DNA of 32,000 bases from Candidatus Altimarinota bacterium (lineage in GTDB: Bacteria > Patescibacteriota > Gracilibacteria > UBA1369): positions 1-32,000 of the forward strand of contig JBAZYK010000010.1 of the NCBI GenBank assembly GCA_041659405.1. The letters run 5' to 3'. Under the pieces are notes generated by a model, which was given only the letters and a program-made list of their open reading frames with translations, searched no databases and was not told where the DNA came from. Position numbers and translations under genes: made by a program. Below, in pieces: positions 1-8,184 of the stretch (positions are counted from its first letter, which is position 1; every line of letters begins with the position of its first letter).

Positions 1-86
1 TGGAGGGAATGGTGATGATTTAGTCATCTTTCATCATCCCTCTTTTTGTTGTGGCTTAAAACCTGTTTTTTCTCTTTCCCTCAATA

Positions 87-371
87 TCAAATCCGTCTCG
101 CACTCTCGAAATCTTGGAAAGGGGTGACACAGCCCTTGTCACTTCCTGAAAATACTCTTGCTACATTTGAACCATTATAACCTTTAACCGTGAAAACCAG
201 GGTTGATCCCGAATCCATGGTGGTGGCGTTTCCGGCGGATGTTACAGTGAAATGATCCGTTGCGGCGATTGTTGCGTGTGCGAATGGCAATGATTGAAAG
301 ATCATTGATACAAGCATTACAAATATAGAAACGCGCGCCAAAGCATTTCTAAACCACGTGGAGATTTTCAT
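87..371 (-). CDS. Short secreted/surface protein, possibly truncated; likely start at the internal Met (MKISTWFRNALARV...)
   Basis: ORF 87..428; from position 371 the translation has a basic N-terminus, a hydrophobic core (VSIFVMLVSMIFQSLPFAHA) and a beta-rich segment (DHFTVTSAGNATTMDSGSTLVFTVKGYNG), then stops abruptly. Confidence 0.45.
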   Translation of the reverse strand: MKISTWFRNALARVSIFVMLVSMIFQSLPFAHATIAATDHFTVTSAGNATTMDSGSTLVFTVKGYNGSNVARVFSGSDKGCVTPFQDFESARRI

Positions 372-914
372 TGGGAAGGTGATTAAAAAATATTTTTTTG
401 GATTTTTGAAGGGGGGAAGGGTGGCCATTTAAGGCCATTTCACATGTTCGTCCAATTGTGGTTTGTTATCAAGAACTTAGTGCTGACAAATTGTGTGTGT
501 GTTTTGTAATTTTGGTGGACTTGTCTTTAGTTGCTCAGTTCGTTTAATATACTTACAGTTTTAATTTTTTCTATGAAACTTCGAACTCAATTTTTTTTGG
601 CGCACTTTGCAATTGTTCTTGGATTTTTGGTGCTGATTTATTTTATGGTTTTTAAGCGTTAACTTGAATCGCGGAAATAATGAAATGGCCAAAATTAAAT
701 TGGCTTATTTGAGACAAAATATGGGCATTCCCGCCGTCCCGTCCCGGAAATCCCGAATACGCAAGAAACTGTTCAACTTGTCAAAAAAACGGATCATGAG
801 TCTTTTGCAGCTCAGATAGTTGCAAGTAGGCGTTTTTTCTGTTATTCTATCTTTCCCAAATAGCAAAAAGTGCTATCTTCCGTCATTGGGACGCATATTT
901 AAGTCGATTATTTT

Positions 915-1220
915 TTGAAGTTTATGAAAAGTGTTATTGATAAAAGTCATACACCGGCCAATGATGTGAGTAAAGTTGTAGACTTGAAAAGTGAATTGCG
1001 GCTTTTGAAAGCGATGGATGTTGCGCTGGATCATGCTGAAGACATAGATGAAATAAGGTTAATTGAAGAGTATTTTAAAAATAGATTAAACGTGATTTTA
1101 AACTCGGATTTTGAAAAATCTGAAAGGACGTATAGAATCTTTGAGAGGCTTGCCAGAAATGCAGCCCGTGCAATCAACCTTAATGGGAAAAGGTCAACGC
1201 ACCTTAGCATTGTTAAGTAA
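915..1220 (+). CDS. Hypothetical protein, charged and mostly helical, 101 aa
   Basis: ORF placed directly before the RF-1-like gene on the same strand; no recognised motif. Confidence 0.5.
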   Translation: MKFMKSVIDKSHTPANDVSKVVDLKSELRLLKAMDVALDHAEDIDEIRLIEEYFKNRLNVILNSDFEKSERTYRIFERLARNAARAINLNGKRSTHLSIVK

Positions 1221-1226
1221 TTTAAA

Positions 1227-1622
1227 ATGGATTTTCCTGTTGAATTATCGCCGCCGTTACTGGAAAAAGCGCGTTTGTTAAATGTGCGTGCGGAGGATAT
1301 TACGGAGCAGTTTGTGCGCGGAAGTGGCAAAGGTGGCCAGAAGATCAATAAAACGTCTTCGTGCGTGGTGGTTAGGCATTTGCCAACCGGCATTGAGGTT
1401 CGTTGCCAAAAGCATAGGGAGCAGAGCAAAAATCGGCTTTCGGCTTATAAATTGCTGATTTTGAAAATTGAGGATCAGGTTAAGGGCAGGCAATCGCAAA
1501 GAGCCCAGGCTATTTTCAAGTTAAAAAAGCAGAAAAAACGCCGCAGCAGAAAGTCCAAGGAAAAGATGCTGGAAGGCAAAAAAATGCGCTCGGAGATCAA
1601 GCAAAACAGGGCTTCTCTTTAA
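1227..1622 (+). CDS. Peptide chain release factor-like protein (RF-1 catalytic domain, ArfB/C12orf65-like)
   Basis: GGQ motif in context (FVRGSGKGGQKINKTSSCVVVRHLPTGIEVRCQKHREQSKNR) and a basic C-terminal tail; only 131 aa, without codon-recognition domains. Confidence 0.85.
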   Translation: MDFPVELSPPLLEKARLLNVRAEDITEQFVRGSGKGGQKINKTSSCVVVRHLPTGIEVRCQKHREQSKNRLSAYKLLILKIEDQVKGRQSQRAQAIFKLKKQKKRRSRKSKEKMLEGKKMRSEIKQNRASL

Positions 1623-1705
1623 TAAATTTTGGCAAAAATGGGGAAATTTTGTTTCGCTGTAATGGGCGAGCCTTTTTCGGCTTATCCTAAGTGGGGAGAA
1701 TAGAT

Positions 1706-1734
1706 TTGACAAATTGCGTATAGTTTAGCATAAT
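1706..1734 (+). promoter_or_regulatory. Sigma70-type promoter upstream of the ECF sigma gene
   Basis: TTGACA (1706-1711), 17 bp spacer, CATAAT (1729-1734), about 34 bp upstream of the GTG start at 1768. Confidence 0.6.
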
Positions 1735-1767
1735 GGCACCTCGTATTTATGTCTTTAGGGCTAAATT

Positions 1768-2304
1768 GTGCTAGACCAAGAACAAAAACTCGTTGAAGAT
1801 GCCAAGCTAAACTCTGAAAAGTTTGTGCTGCTCTATGATAAGTATTTTGATCAGATTTTCAGATATGTTTATCGTCGTGTGAGTGATAAAGACGCTGTTG
1901 AAGATTTGGTTAGTCAAACTTTTTATGACGCGCTTGCTCATCTGAAAAGTTTTGAGTGGAGAGGTTTTCCTTTTTCTTCCTGGCTTTATAAAATCGCGCA
2001 TAACAATGTTTTGAAGTGGTATCGCCAGAATCAAAAAACACAGGCGGTTGATCTGGATAAGGTGCATGAAATTGTTGATCTTCAGCCAACTCAGGATCAA
2101 GAAGCGATGCAAAAAGAGGAGGAACATGAGATTCAACAGGTTATGCAGCAACTTGATCCGGAAGAAAGAGAAATTATTAGATTAAAATATTTTGAAGGAG
2201 TATCGAATATTGAGATCGCGGAAATTATGGGATTAAGCGCGAATCACATTGGAGTTAAGGTTTATCGCACATTAAAAAAAGCTAAACAATTATTAAAAAC
2301 TTAA
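1768..2304 (+). CDS. RNA polymerase sigma factor, ECF / sigma-70 family
   Basis: Region 2 (LYDKYFDQIFRYVYRRVSDKDAVEDLVSQTFYDALAHL) and region 4 (LDPEEREIIRLKYFEGVSNIEIAEIMGLSANHIGVKVYRTLKKAKQLL) are recognisable. Confidence 0.92.
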   Translation: MLDQEQKLVEDAKLNSEKFVLLYDKYFDQIFRYVYRRVSDKDAVEDLVSQTFYDALAHLKSFEWRGFPFSSWLYKIAHNNVLKWYRQNQKTQAVDLDKVHEIVDLQPTQDQEAMQKEEEHEIQQVMQQLDPEEREIIRLKYFEGVSNIEIAEIMGLSANHIGVKVYRTLKKAKQLLKT

Positions 2305-2306
2305 TT

Positions 2307-3647
2307 ATGTCACGTCCGGTTGGAAGATATTTTGCGTCTGTAATCAGTAAGATTCAGGAATATAAGCGCCAGGAAAATATAGTGCTTGATCCTGATCTTA
2401 AAGCCCGTTTAAGGGCGAATTTGATTGCTAAAATTCAAGGAGTCGCAGGCGGTGCGAATATGCAGTTTGCTGCTGTGGCAGCGGATACAATAGCCGTTTC
2501 CGTGAGTGTTCCAAAAACAATGAGTGCACGGTTTAATCCTGTAGAAGAGGCCTCTCCATCTTTGGCGCAGATTTTTCCTGAGGAACAAGAGCTTCCCGGT
2601 GAAAGTGGTCCTGTTGGGTCAATTTTGGATAAAGAAGTGGAAGATGGTTCGGGTTTGAATCCACAATTTGCGGAAGTTACGGAGGAAAATGGGTTTATTG
2701 AAAGTTTCATGAAATGGAAATATCAGTTGGCTTTAATTCCAGCGTTTTTGTTGGTTGTTGTTGTGGTTTTGGCGGCAAGAAGATTGCCGGTAGATTTTTC
2801 GACGAAAACTCAAGAGGTTGGTTCTTCACAAAACCAGCAAACGGAGATTGCTCAGACTACTCAACCCCAAACTCAGGCTCAACAAGCGCAAACGGGGTTG
2901 GCACAGCCACAAACGGAGGCTCAAGTTAAACCTTTGTCACAGCTTTTACCTAATTTAAATCAGGGGAACAGTTTGCCATCACAAGATTCAAACGAAACTT
3001 TTACGCAAAATGTGCAATCAATTCCGAGCTATACTCAGCCATTAAACACACCTGTTGCAACTGCGCCAAGTCAGCCTGTTACGACTACCCAAAATCAACC
3101 GATGACTACGCCAAGGGTGCAGACTCCCGGGCCGGAAGTGGCGGTTCCTGCCACAACCGGTGACCCCTTGGATATTGTGAAAATAAATAATCTTGTAAGT
3201 GTGAAAGTTTATTATAAAAATGATTTCACCGGTGCGCAAAAAACTTTGTTCGAACAGGAAAATTTAATTCCTTTGCTTTCAAATCAAACGGTTTCTTATG
3301 TGATTGTTAGAGATGGCGGCAGCGGAAAGACGATCGTTGATGTGTATAAAAATGGCGGAACTTATTCCCGTTATAATTATGTTTATAATTCAAGATTAAA
3401 TGTTTGGAGCAGAACCGGAGCTTCAAGTTTGCCGGTACAACAAGCGCCAATTCCGGCGGCGACTACTGCAACAACAACTACTGCAACAACAACTACTGCA
3501 ACAACCACTACAACGGCTCAGCCACCTATACAAGTTGCGCCTCAACCTCAACAAACATTCATTCCGTATCAAATAATTCAGGGGGCATCATTCGAATATA
3601 CTCTCTCGCAGAATTCCGTTATTAACTACACCCGCGTAAATCCATAA
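2307..3647 (+). CDS. Putative membrane-anchored anti-sigma/regulatory protein with Gln/Thr/Pro-rich extracytoplasmic region
   Basis: Begins 2 bp after the sigma factor stop; cytoplasmic N-terminus, one TM helix (LALIPAFLLVVVVVLAARRL), then low-complexity Q/T/P sequence. Confidence 0.65.
   Translation: MSRPVGRYFASVISKIQEYKRQENIVLDPDLKARLRANLIAKIQGVAGGANMQFAAVAADTIAVSVSVPKTMSARFNPVEEASPSLAQIFPEEQELPGESGPVGSILDKEVEDGSGLNPQFAEVTEENGFIESFMKWKYQLALIPAFLLVVVVVLAARRLPVDFSTKTQEVGSSQNQQTEIAQTTQPQTQAQQAQTGLAQPQTEAQVKPLSQLLPNLNQGNSLPSQDSNETFTQNVQSIPSYTQPLNTPVATAPSQPVTTTQNQPMTTPRVQTPGPEVAVPATTGDPLDIVKINNLVSVKVYYKNDFTGAQKTLFEQENLIPLLSNQTVSYVIVRDGGSGKTIVDVYKNGGTYSRYNYVYNSRLNVWSRTGASSLPVQQAPIPAATTATTTTATTTTATTTTTAQPPIQVAPQPQQTFIPYQIIQGASFEYTLSQNSVINYTRVNP
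3462..3506 (+). repeat. In-frame 15-bp tandem repeat, 3 copies (ACTACTGCAACAACA)
   Basis: Three consecutive copies at 3462, 3477 and 3492, the last ending ACC instead of ACA; encodes Thr/Ala low complexity. Confidence 0.85.
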
Positions 3648-5003
3648 AAAAATCATGATTTGCGGGAAGAGCAGGCTGTTCACAAAAGTTGCGTGTACAA
3701 TTAAGGCGATTGTTCCACTAAAGAGTCCCAGTCCGAGGGCTTTTTTGAAAGGTGGGCTGGTTTTGTTTTTCCAGGAAAGGAAAGAACTTTTGAGTAGCTG
3801 CCAATAAAGCAGGAGGAAAGGGATAATTCCAAGGATGCCGGTGGTGGCTAAAATTGTTAAAATGCTTGAATCGGAGCCGCTGGCGGAGTGAATATCCGTT
3901 TCCGAAACGAATCCTTCGTCGAATTTTACGTAGCGCAAAGTGTTGTATCCGCTGCCAAAAATTGGGCGTTTTTGGATTAAGCTGAGCGTTTGATTCCAGG
4001 ATTGTATGCGCAGTTGAGCGGTTGGATCGGCGTTGGTTGAACTGTTGGTGATGAATGCGGTAATGCTTTGTGTGAGTTCTCCAACGCGTTGTTGGGCTCT
4101 TAATGATAAAGAAAGACCCAAGATGGCAATCAGAATGCTAATAATGATAAGTTTGCGCGATTTGAGGATGCCAAGGACTAACAGGCCTGCTGCAAAGGCG
4201 ATGTATGCGGAGCGTGAATAGGTTAGAAAAAGGGCGACGCCAAGAATCGAAATAACTATTAGCAGGAGAATTTTTTGGTTGAGTCTTTTTGTATAAAGAA
4301 GATGGGCCAGGATAATCATCAGCATGAAAGCCAAAAAGCCGCCGATGAAATTTGGGTCGAGCCAGGTGGAAACAAGGCGATATTTGTGTGGATCCCAGCC
4401 AAATTCGACCAGGTTGCCAAGGTCCGGATAAACCAGAAGTTGAATGAAGCCGCCAATCGCAAGGAGCACTGCGGAAATAATGCTGGCCAAAATAATGTGG
4501 TCGATTTGTTTTTTGGAATTAACCAGGTCGGGAATTGTTAAGGCCAGAAGCGTGTATTCAATAAATCTGACCAGGTAAAATGATCCGGAAAGAACGTCGG
4601 TCGGTTTTAGAAAGAGTAAACTTTGGATGAGCGAAAAAATGCCGATAAGGCTGAAAAACAGCAGTGGTTTGCTGAAAATATTGGGCTGCATTTCTTCACT
4701 GGTGAGAATCTTTTTGATTAACCAGATGCCAATAAAAAGGGCGATGATTAAATCGCTTAGCAGAATGCCGTTTTCGCCGAGGTAGGGGATGCGGCTTAGT
4801 TCGCCAATTACAGGCAAAAACAGGATTACGTAAATTCCCCATAAAGGTTTTTTCCAAAAAAGAATGGCTGCTGCAGCCAGAATGCCGATTTCAAATGGCG
4901 TTGGTGATTGTGCGGCGATGAAGTAGCCGAGCATTAAGGCGGATGCGGCGGCGGCCAACCAATAAAGTCCTGTGGAAAAACGTTGTATTTGGATTTTTGG
5001 CAT
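3588..5003 (-). CDS. O-antigen ligase family (Wzy/WaaL-like) polytopic membrane protein
   Basis: Many predicted TM segments, long loop with TWLDPNFIGGFLAF, YSRSAYIAF and RPIFGSGYNTLR, typical of Wzy_C-type ligases. Confidence 0.85.
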   Translation of the reverse strand: MPKIQIQRFSTGLYWLAAAASALMLGYFIAAQSPTPFEIGILAAAAILFWKKPLWGIYVILFLPVIGELSRIPYLGENGILLSDLIIALFIGIWLIKKILTSEEMQPNIFSKPLLFFSLIGIFSLIQSLLFLKPTDVLSGSFYLVRFIEYTLLALTIPDLVNSKKQIDHIILASIISAVLLAIGGFIQLLVYPDLGNLVEFGWDPHKYRLVSTWLDPNFIGGFLAFMLMIILAHLLYTKRLNQKILLLIVISILGVALFLTYSRSAYIAFAAGLLVLGILKSRKLIIISILIAILGLSLSLRAQQRVGELTQSITAFITNSSTNADPTAQLRIQSWNQTLSLIQKRPIFGSGYNTLRYVKFDEGFVSETDIHSASGSDSSILTILATTGILGIIPFLLLYWQLLKSSFLSWKNKTSPPFKKALGLGLFSGTIALIVHATFVNSLLFPQIMIFLWIYAGVVNNGILRESIFE

Positions 5004-5076
5004 GTTGATTCGGGTTTAATCTGGCATAATGATGAGCGTAGCTATTCTTTCATTTTTTTAAGATAAAAACAATTTT

Positions 5077-5691
5077 ATGGAGAGCAGGCAACTTTTAGTG
5101 GCGACTTCAAATAAGGGAAAATTCAAGGAAATTTGCGAGATTTTGGGGCATTTGCCTTATAAAATTTTGGCTTTGCCGGATTTGGGATTAACCGGAGATT
5201 ATGAAGAAACAGGAGAAACGTTTGAGGAAAATGCCTTAGGAAAGGCCAAGTATTATGCTGAAAAATCGGGAATTATGACGATTGCCGAGGATTCGGGAAT
5301 TTTGGTGGAAGCTTTAAAAGGTGAGCTTGGGGTTAAAACAAGGCGTTGGGGAAAGGGCGAAAATGCCAATGATGAAGAATGGATCGAACATTTTTTGGAA
5401 GTGATGACACAGTTTCCGGGGGCAAAACAACGTAAGGCTTCTTTTGTTTGTTGTTCGGCGTTGGTGATTGGTGACGGTGAATCTTTTGTTTTTGAAGGTC
5501 GAACGGATGGCGTGATTACTGTTGGTTTAGAAGCGTCAATTCAACATGGATTGCCGTTAAGTTCATGTTTTATACCGGAAGGATTTGAAAAAGTTTATGC
5601 CGCACTGGCGATTGATGAAAAAAATCGCGTGAGTCATCGTGGTAAGGCAATGCAGGCTTTAAGCGACTTTTTGATGGCGAGAAAGGATTAG
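5077..5691 (+). CDS. rdgB: Non-canonical purine NTP pyrophosphatase, RdgB/HAM1 family
   Basis: N-terminal LLVATSNKGKFKEICEIL, FEENALGKAKYYAEKSG and IAEDSGILVEAL motifs. Confidence 0.93.
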   Translation: MESRQLLVATSNKGKFKEICEILGHLPYKILALPDLGLTGDYEETGETFEENALGKAKYYAEKSGIMTIAEDSGILVEALKGELGVKTRRWGKGENANDEEWIEHFLEVMTQFPGAKQRKASFVCCSALVIGDGESFVFEGRTDGVITVGLEASIQHGLPLSSCFIPEGFEKVYAALAIDEKNRVSHRGKAMQALSDFLMARKD

Positions 5692-6656
5692 GTTTTGGGC
5701 AAAGAAAGGATCGTCAGTTTAAAATTTTGGGCATTGGTTTTTGTTGAATATTTTGCTCGTGGTTTTTTAAAAACTTTCTCAATAAATCCCCACAAAAGGC
5801 CTAAACCGTAACTGATGTGAGTCAATAAAAACAGCCAGGGCATCACGAAAATCGAGCTAATTTGTTTTGAGGTTATAGCAACTTGAATTGAAAAAATAAG
5901 ATCAAGAATCAGGTAAAGTAAAAATGGAAACAGGTACCAAAGTGGGTGAAAAAAGATCAGACTGACAAGATAAAAAACAAAGGCCAGCGGGACAAAAAAG
6001 ACCGGGTTAAAGTGTGAAAGATGTTTAAGCATGTGGGCTGTTCTGCCTATGCCCCAGCGGAAAATCTGCTTTGCGTAAGCGGCAACTTTTTGACGACGAT
6101 GGTGGTAAACAAAAAAATCTTTGCTGTAGAAAAGTTTTTTATTTTGCTGGATCAGGCGATTTAATAATTCCGTTTCATCATTGCAATCAAGATTAATATC
6201 AAAAAGGTTTTGCTTTAAAATTTGGCTGCGGAAAGCCAAATTGCAGCCGGTTAAAATATTTTCGTCGGCCTTCTTTACATTTGCGGGATAATAACGAATG
6301 GCCGTTTTGAGTCCGGTAAAATAACAGGCGTGAGCATAACCAAAACAATGTTGTAAAAATGTGTCGGAAGCTGGAGTCAAATTTGGGCCTCCAATAACGT
6401 GAAAATCAGGGTTTTGTTTAAAAAGTTCCAGGACTTTTTCAATGATTCCTTGGGGGATAATCACGTCATCATCAAACAGAAAAATGTATTCACCGGTGGC
6501 TTTTTCTATACCCATATTCCTTTGAACAGAAAGATGATTTCCTTTAATTATCAGAATTTCGAATTCAATGTTGTGTGGCTGAATTTGTTTTAGGCTAGCC
6601 AAAACTTCTTCGGTGGAACGATCGGGAGCAGAGGCAATAACAATAGAAATTTTCAT
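5688..6656 (-). CDS. Glycosyltransferase family 2
   Basis: GT-A start (KISIVIASAPDRS), ATGEYIFLFDDDVIIP (DxD-like), C-terminal hydrophobic segments. Confidence 0.9.
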   Translation of the reverse strand: MKISIVIASAPDRSTEEVLASLKQIQPHNIEFEILIIKGNHLSVQRNMGIEKATGEYIFLFDDDVIIPQGIIEKVLELFKQNPDFHVIGGPNLTPASDTFLQHCFGYAHACYFTGLKTAIRYYPANVKKADENILTGCNLAFRSQILKQNLFDINLDCNDETELLNRLIQQNKKLFYSKDFFVYHHRRQKVAAYAKQIFRWGIGRTAHMLKHLSHFNPVFFVPLAFVFYLVSLIFFHPLWYLFPFLLYLILDLIFSIQVAITSKQISSIFVMPWLFLLTHISYGLGLLWGFIEKVFKKPRAKYSTKTNAQNFKLTILSLPKT

Positions 6657-6678
6657 GAAAATTAGCGTGTGATGATTC

Positions 6679-7422
6679 TTACTTCTTGAAAATATACTGT
6701 TTGAATCTTAATTTGAAGGCGCTAAATATAAATTCGAAGGCGTCTTTTAAGCCAAGTTTGGAAAATCCTTTTTTGCGATCCGGAAAATTGATGGGAATTT
6801 CGATAATGGAAATTTGTTTTTTTGTAGCCGCGTGGAGAAGATCCATTTGAAAGGCGTAGCCATTTGATTTGAGGGCGTCAAGATTGAAACTTTCCAGAAA
6901 AGCTCTGGAAATACAGCGAAACCCGGAAGTGCAATCCTTGATATTATCAATTCCGGCAATGTTTCTGGCCACAAAATTGGCAATTTTGGAAATTAATTTA
7001 CGTTTTTTATCCCAGTGTATTTTTTGTTCGGTGGAGAGATAGCGTGAACCAATAATAAATTGATAATTCTGTTCGGCTTTTTCTAAAAAACGGGGGAGAT
7101 CTTCCGGATTATGTTGCCCATCGGCGTCCATTTCCAAAATATAATCACAGGGAATGTTTTGAAGTGCGTATTTGAATCCGCGGATATAGGCTTTGCCAAG
7201 CCCTTCTTTTGGGCCATTCAAAAGATGGATATTGTGATGAAGCTTTTGAAGTTTTTTAACGACATCGGAAGTTTGATCAGGCGAATGATCATCCACAATT
7301 AAAATATCCAGTTCCCAATTGGTGATTTTGGAGGAAACTTTTTTTATTTTTAGCAAAAGTTCCTCGATATTTTCGCGTTCGTTGTAGGTCGGAATAACAA
7401 CACAGGCTTTTAATTTTCTCAT
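6679..7422 (-). CDS. Polyprenol/dolichol monophosphate mannosyltransferase-like GT2
   Basis: VVIPTYNERENIEELL, ILIVDDHSPDQTSDV, LEMDADGQHNPEDLP, GSRY and FRCISR motifs. Confidence 0.9.
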   Translation of the reverse strand: MRKLKACVVIPTYNERENIEELLLKIKKVSSKITNWELDILIVDDHSPDQTSDVVKKLQKLHHNIHLLNGPKEGLGKAYIRGFKYALQNIPCDYILEMDADGQHNPEDLPRFLEKAEQNYQFIIGSRYLSTEQKIHWDKKRKLISKIANFVARNIAGIDNIKDCTSGFRCISRAFLESFNLDALKSNGYAFQMDLLHAATKKQISIIEIPINFPDRKKGFSKLGLKDAFEFIFSAFKLRFKQYIFKK

Positions 7423-7468
7423 CTTTCTTTTATGCTAGGGATACTTTAATCTTATTTTATACGAAGCA

Positions 7469-8035
7469 ATGGAGCAAAAAGTTCAAAAAGTGTTGGAAGA
7501 GTTGGAGGTTACCGGTAAGCAGTCAAATTTTTGGAATGTGCCCAGAACTACGGGATTGTTTTTGAATTTGATGGTTAAGTTGTTGAAGGCGAAAAACGTT
7601 TTGGAAATCGGCACTTCAAACGGTTATTCCGGTATCTTTTTTGCAGAGGCATTATCTCATACGGGGGGCAGGTTGTATACAGTGGAATCACATAAAGAGC
7701 GCTTTGCGCTGGCCAGTGCGAATTTCGAAAAATCGGGATTGCAGAATGGAATCGAACAGATTTTTGGTCATGCTCCGGAAGTTTTTAGAGATGTTGAAAA
7801 ACTGCAAAATATTGAATTTGATTTGGCTTTTGTGGATGCCACCAAAATGGAATACAAAAGTTATATTGAAGCGTTCTGGCCTTTGTTGAAAAAGGGAGGG
7901 CTTATTATTGCTGATAATTCGACTTCGCATGGCAAAGAAATGAAGCCGTATCTGGATTTTGTGAGTGAAAATTCGGAAATGCAGAGTGTGCTGTTGCCGG
8001 TTGATAATGGGTTGATGCTGACGTATAAGGTTTAG
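7469..8035 (+). CDS. O-methyltransferase, SAM-dependent (methyltransferase_3/24 type)
   Basis: VLEIGTSNGYSGIFFAEAL, GGRLYTVESHKERFALA, DLAFVDATK and GGLIIADN motifs. Confidence 0.88.
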   Translation: MEQKVQKVLEELEVTGKQSNFWNVPRTTGLFLNLMVKLLKAKNVLEIGTSNGYSGIFFAEALSHTGGRLYTVESHKERFALASANFEKSGLQNGIEQIFGHAPEVFRDVEKLQNIEFDLAFVDATKMEYKSYIEAFWPLLKKGGLIIADNSTSHGKEMKPYLDFVSENSEMQSVLLPVDNGLMLTYKV

Positions 8036-8173
8036 TTTTTGGAACAGATGTTTTTGGGCGAACGCTTCGCCTGTTCGCTGCGGCTAGCATGTACGCCTCC
8101 GCGAAAGTCTCGCATCATGATGCTCGACTGGCTGCGCTCGCAAATGTCGCTCAAAAACATCTGTTCCAAAAAC
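8035..8173. repeat. 139-bp element with perfect 22-bp terminal inverted repeats, between convergent genes
   Basis: Left arm 8035-8056 GTTTTTGGAACAGATGTTTTTG; right arm 8152-8173 CAAAAACATCTGTTCCAAAAAC; inner hairpin GCGAAC (8058-8063) / GTTCGC (8073-8078). Confidence 0.85.
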
Positions 8174-8184
8174 TTTAATAAACC

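Noticed and set aside
3462-3506. Possible CRISPR-like or iteron meaning of the ACTACTGCAACAACA repeats
   Set aside because: Contiguous with no spacers and in frame within a coding region; simple low-complexity coding repeat.
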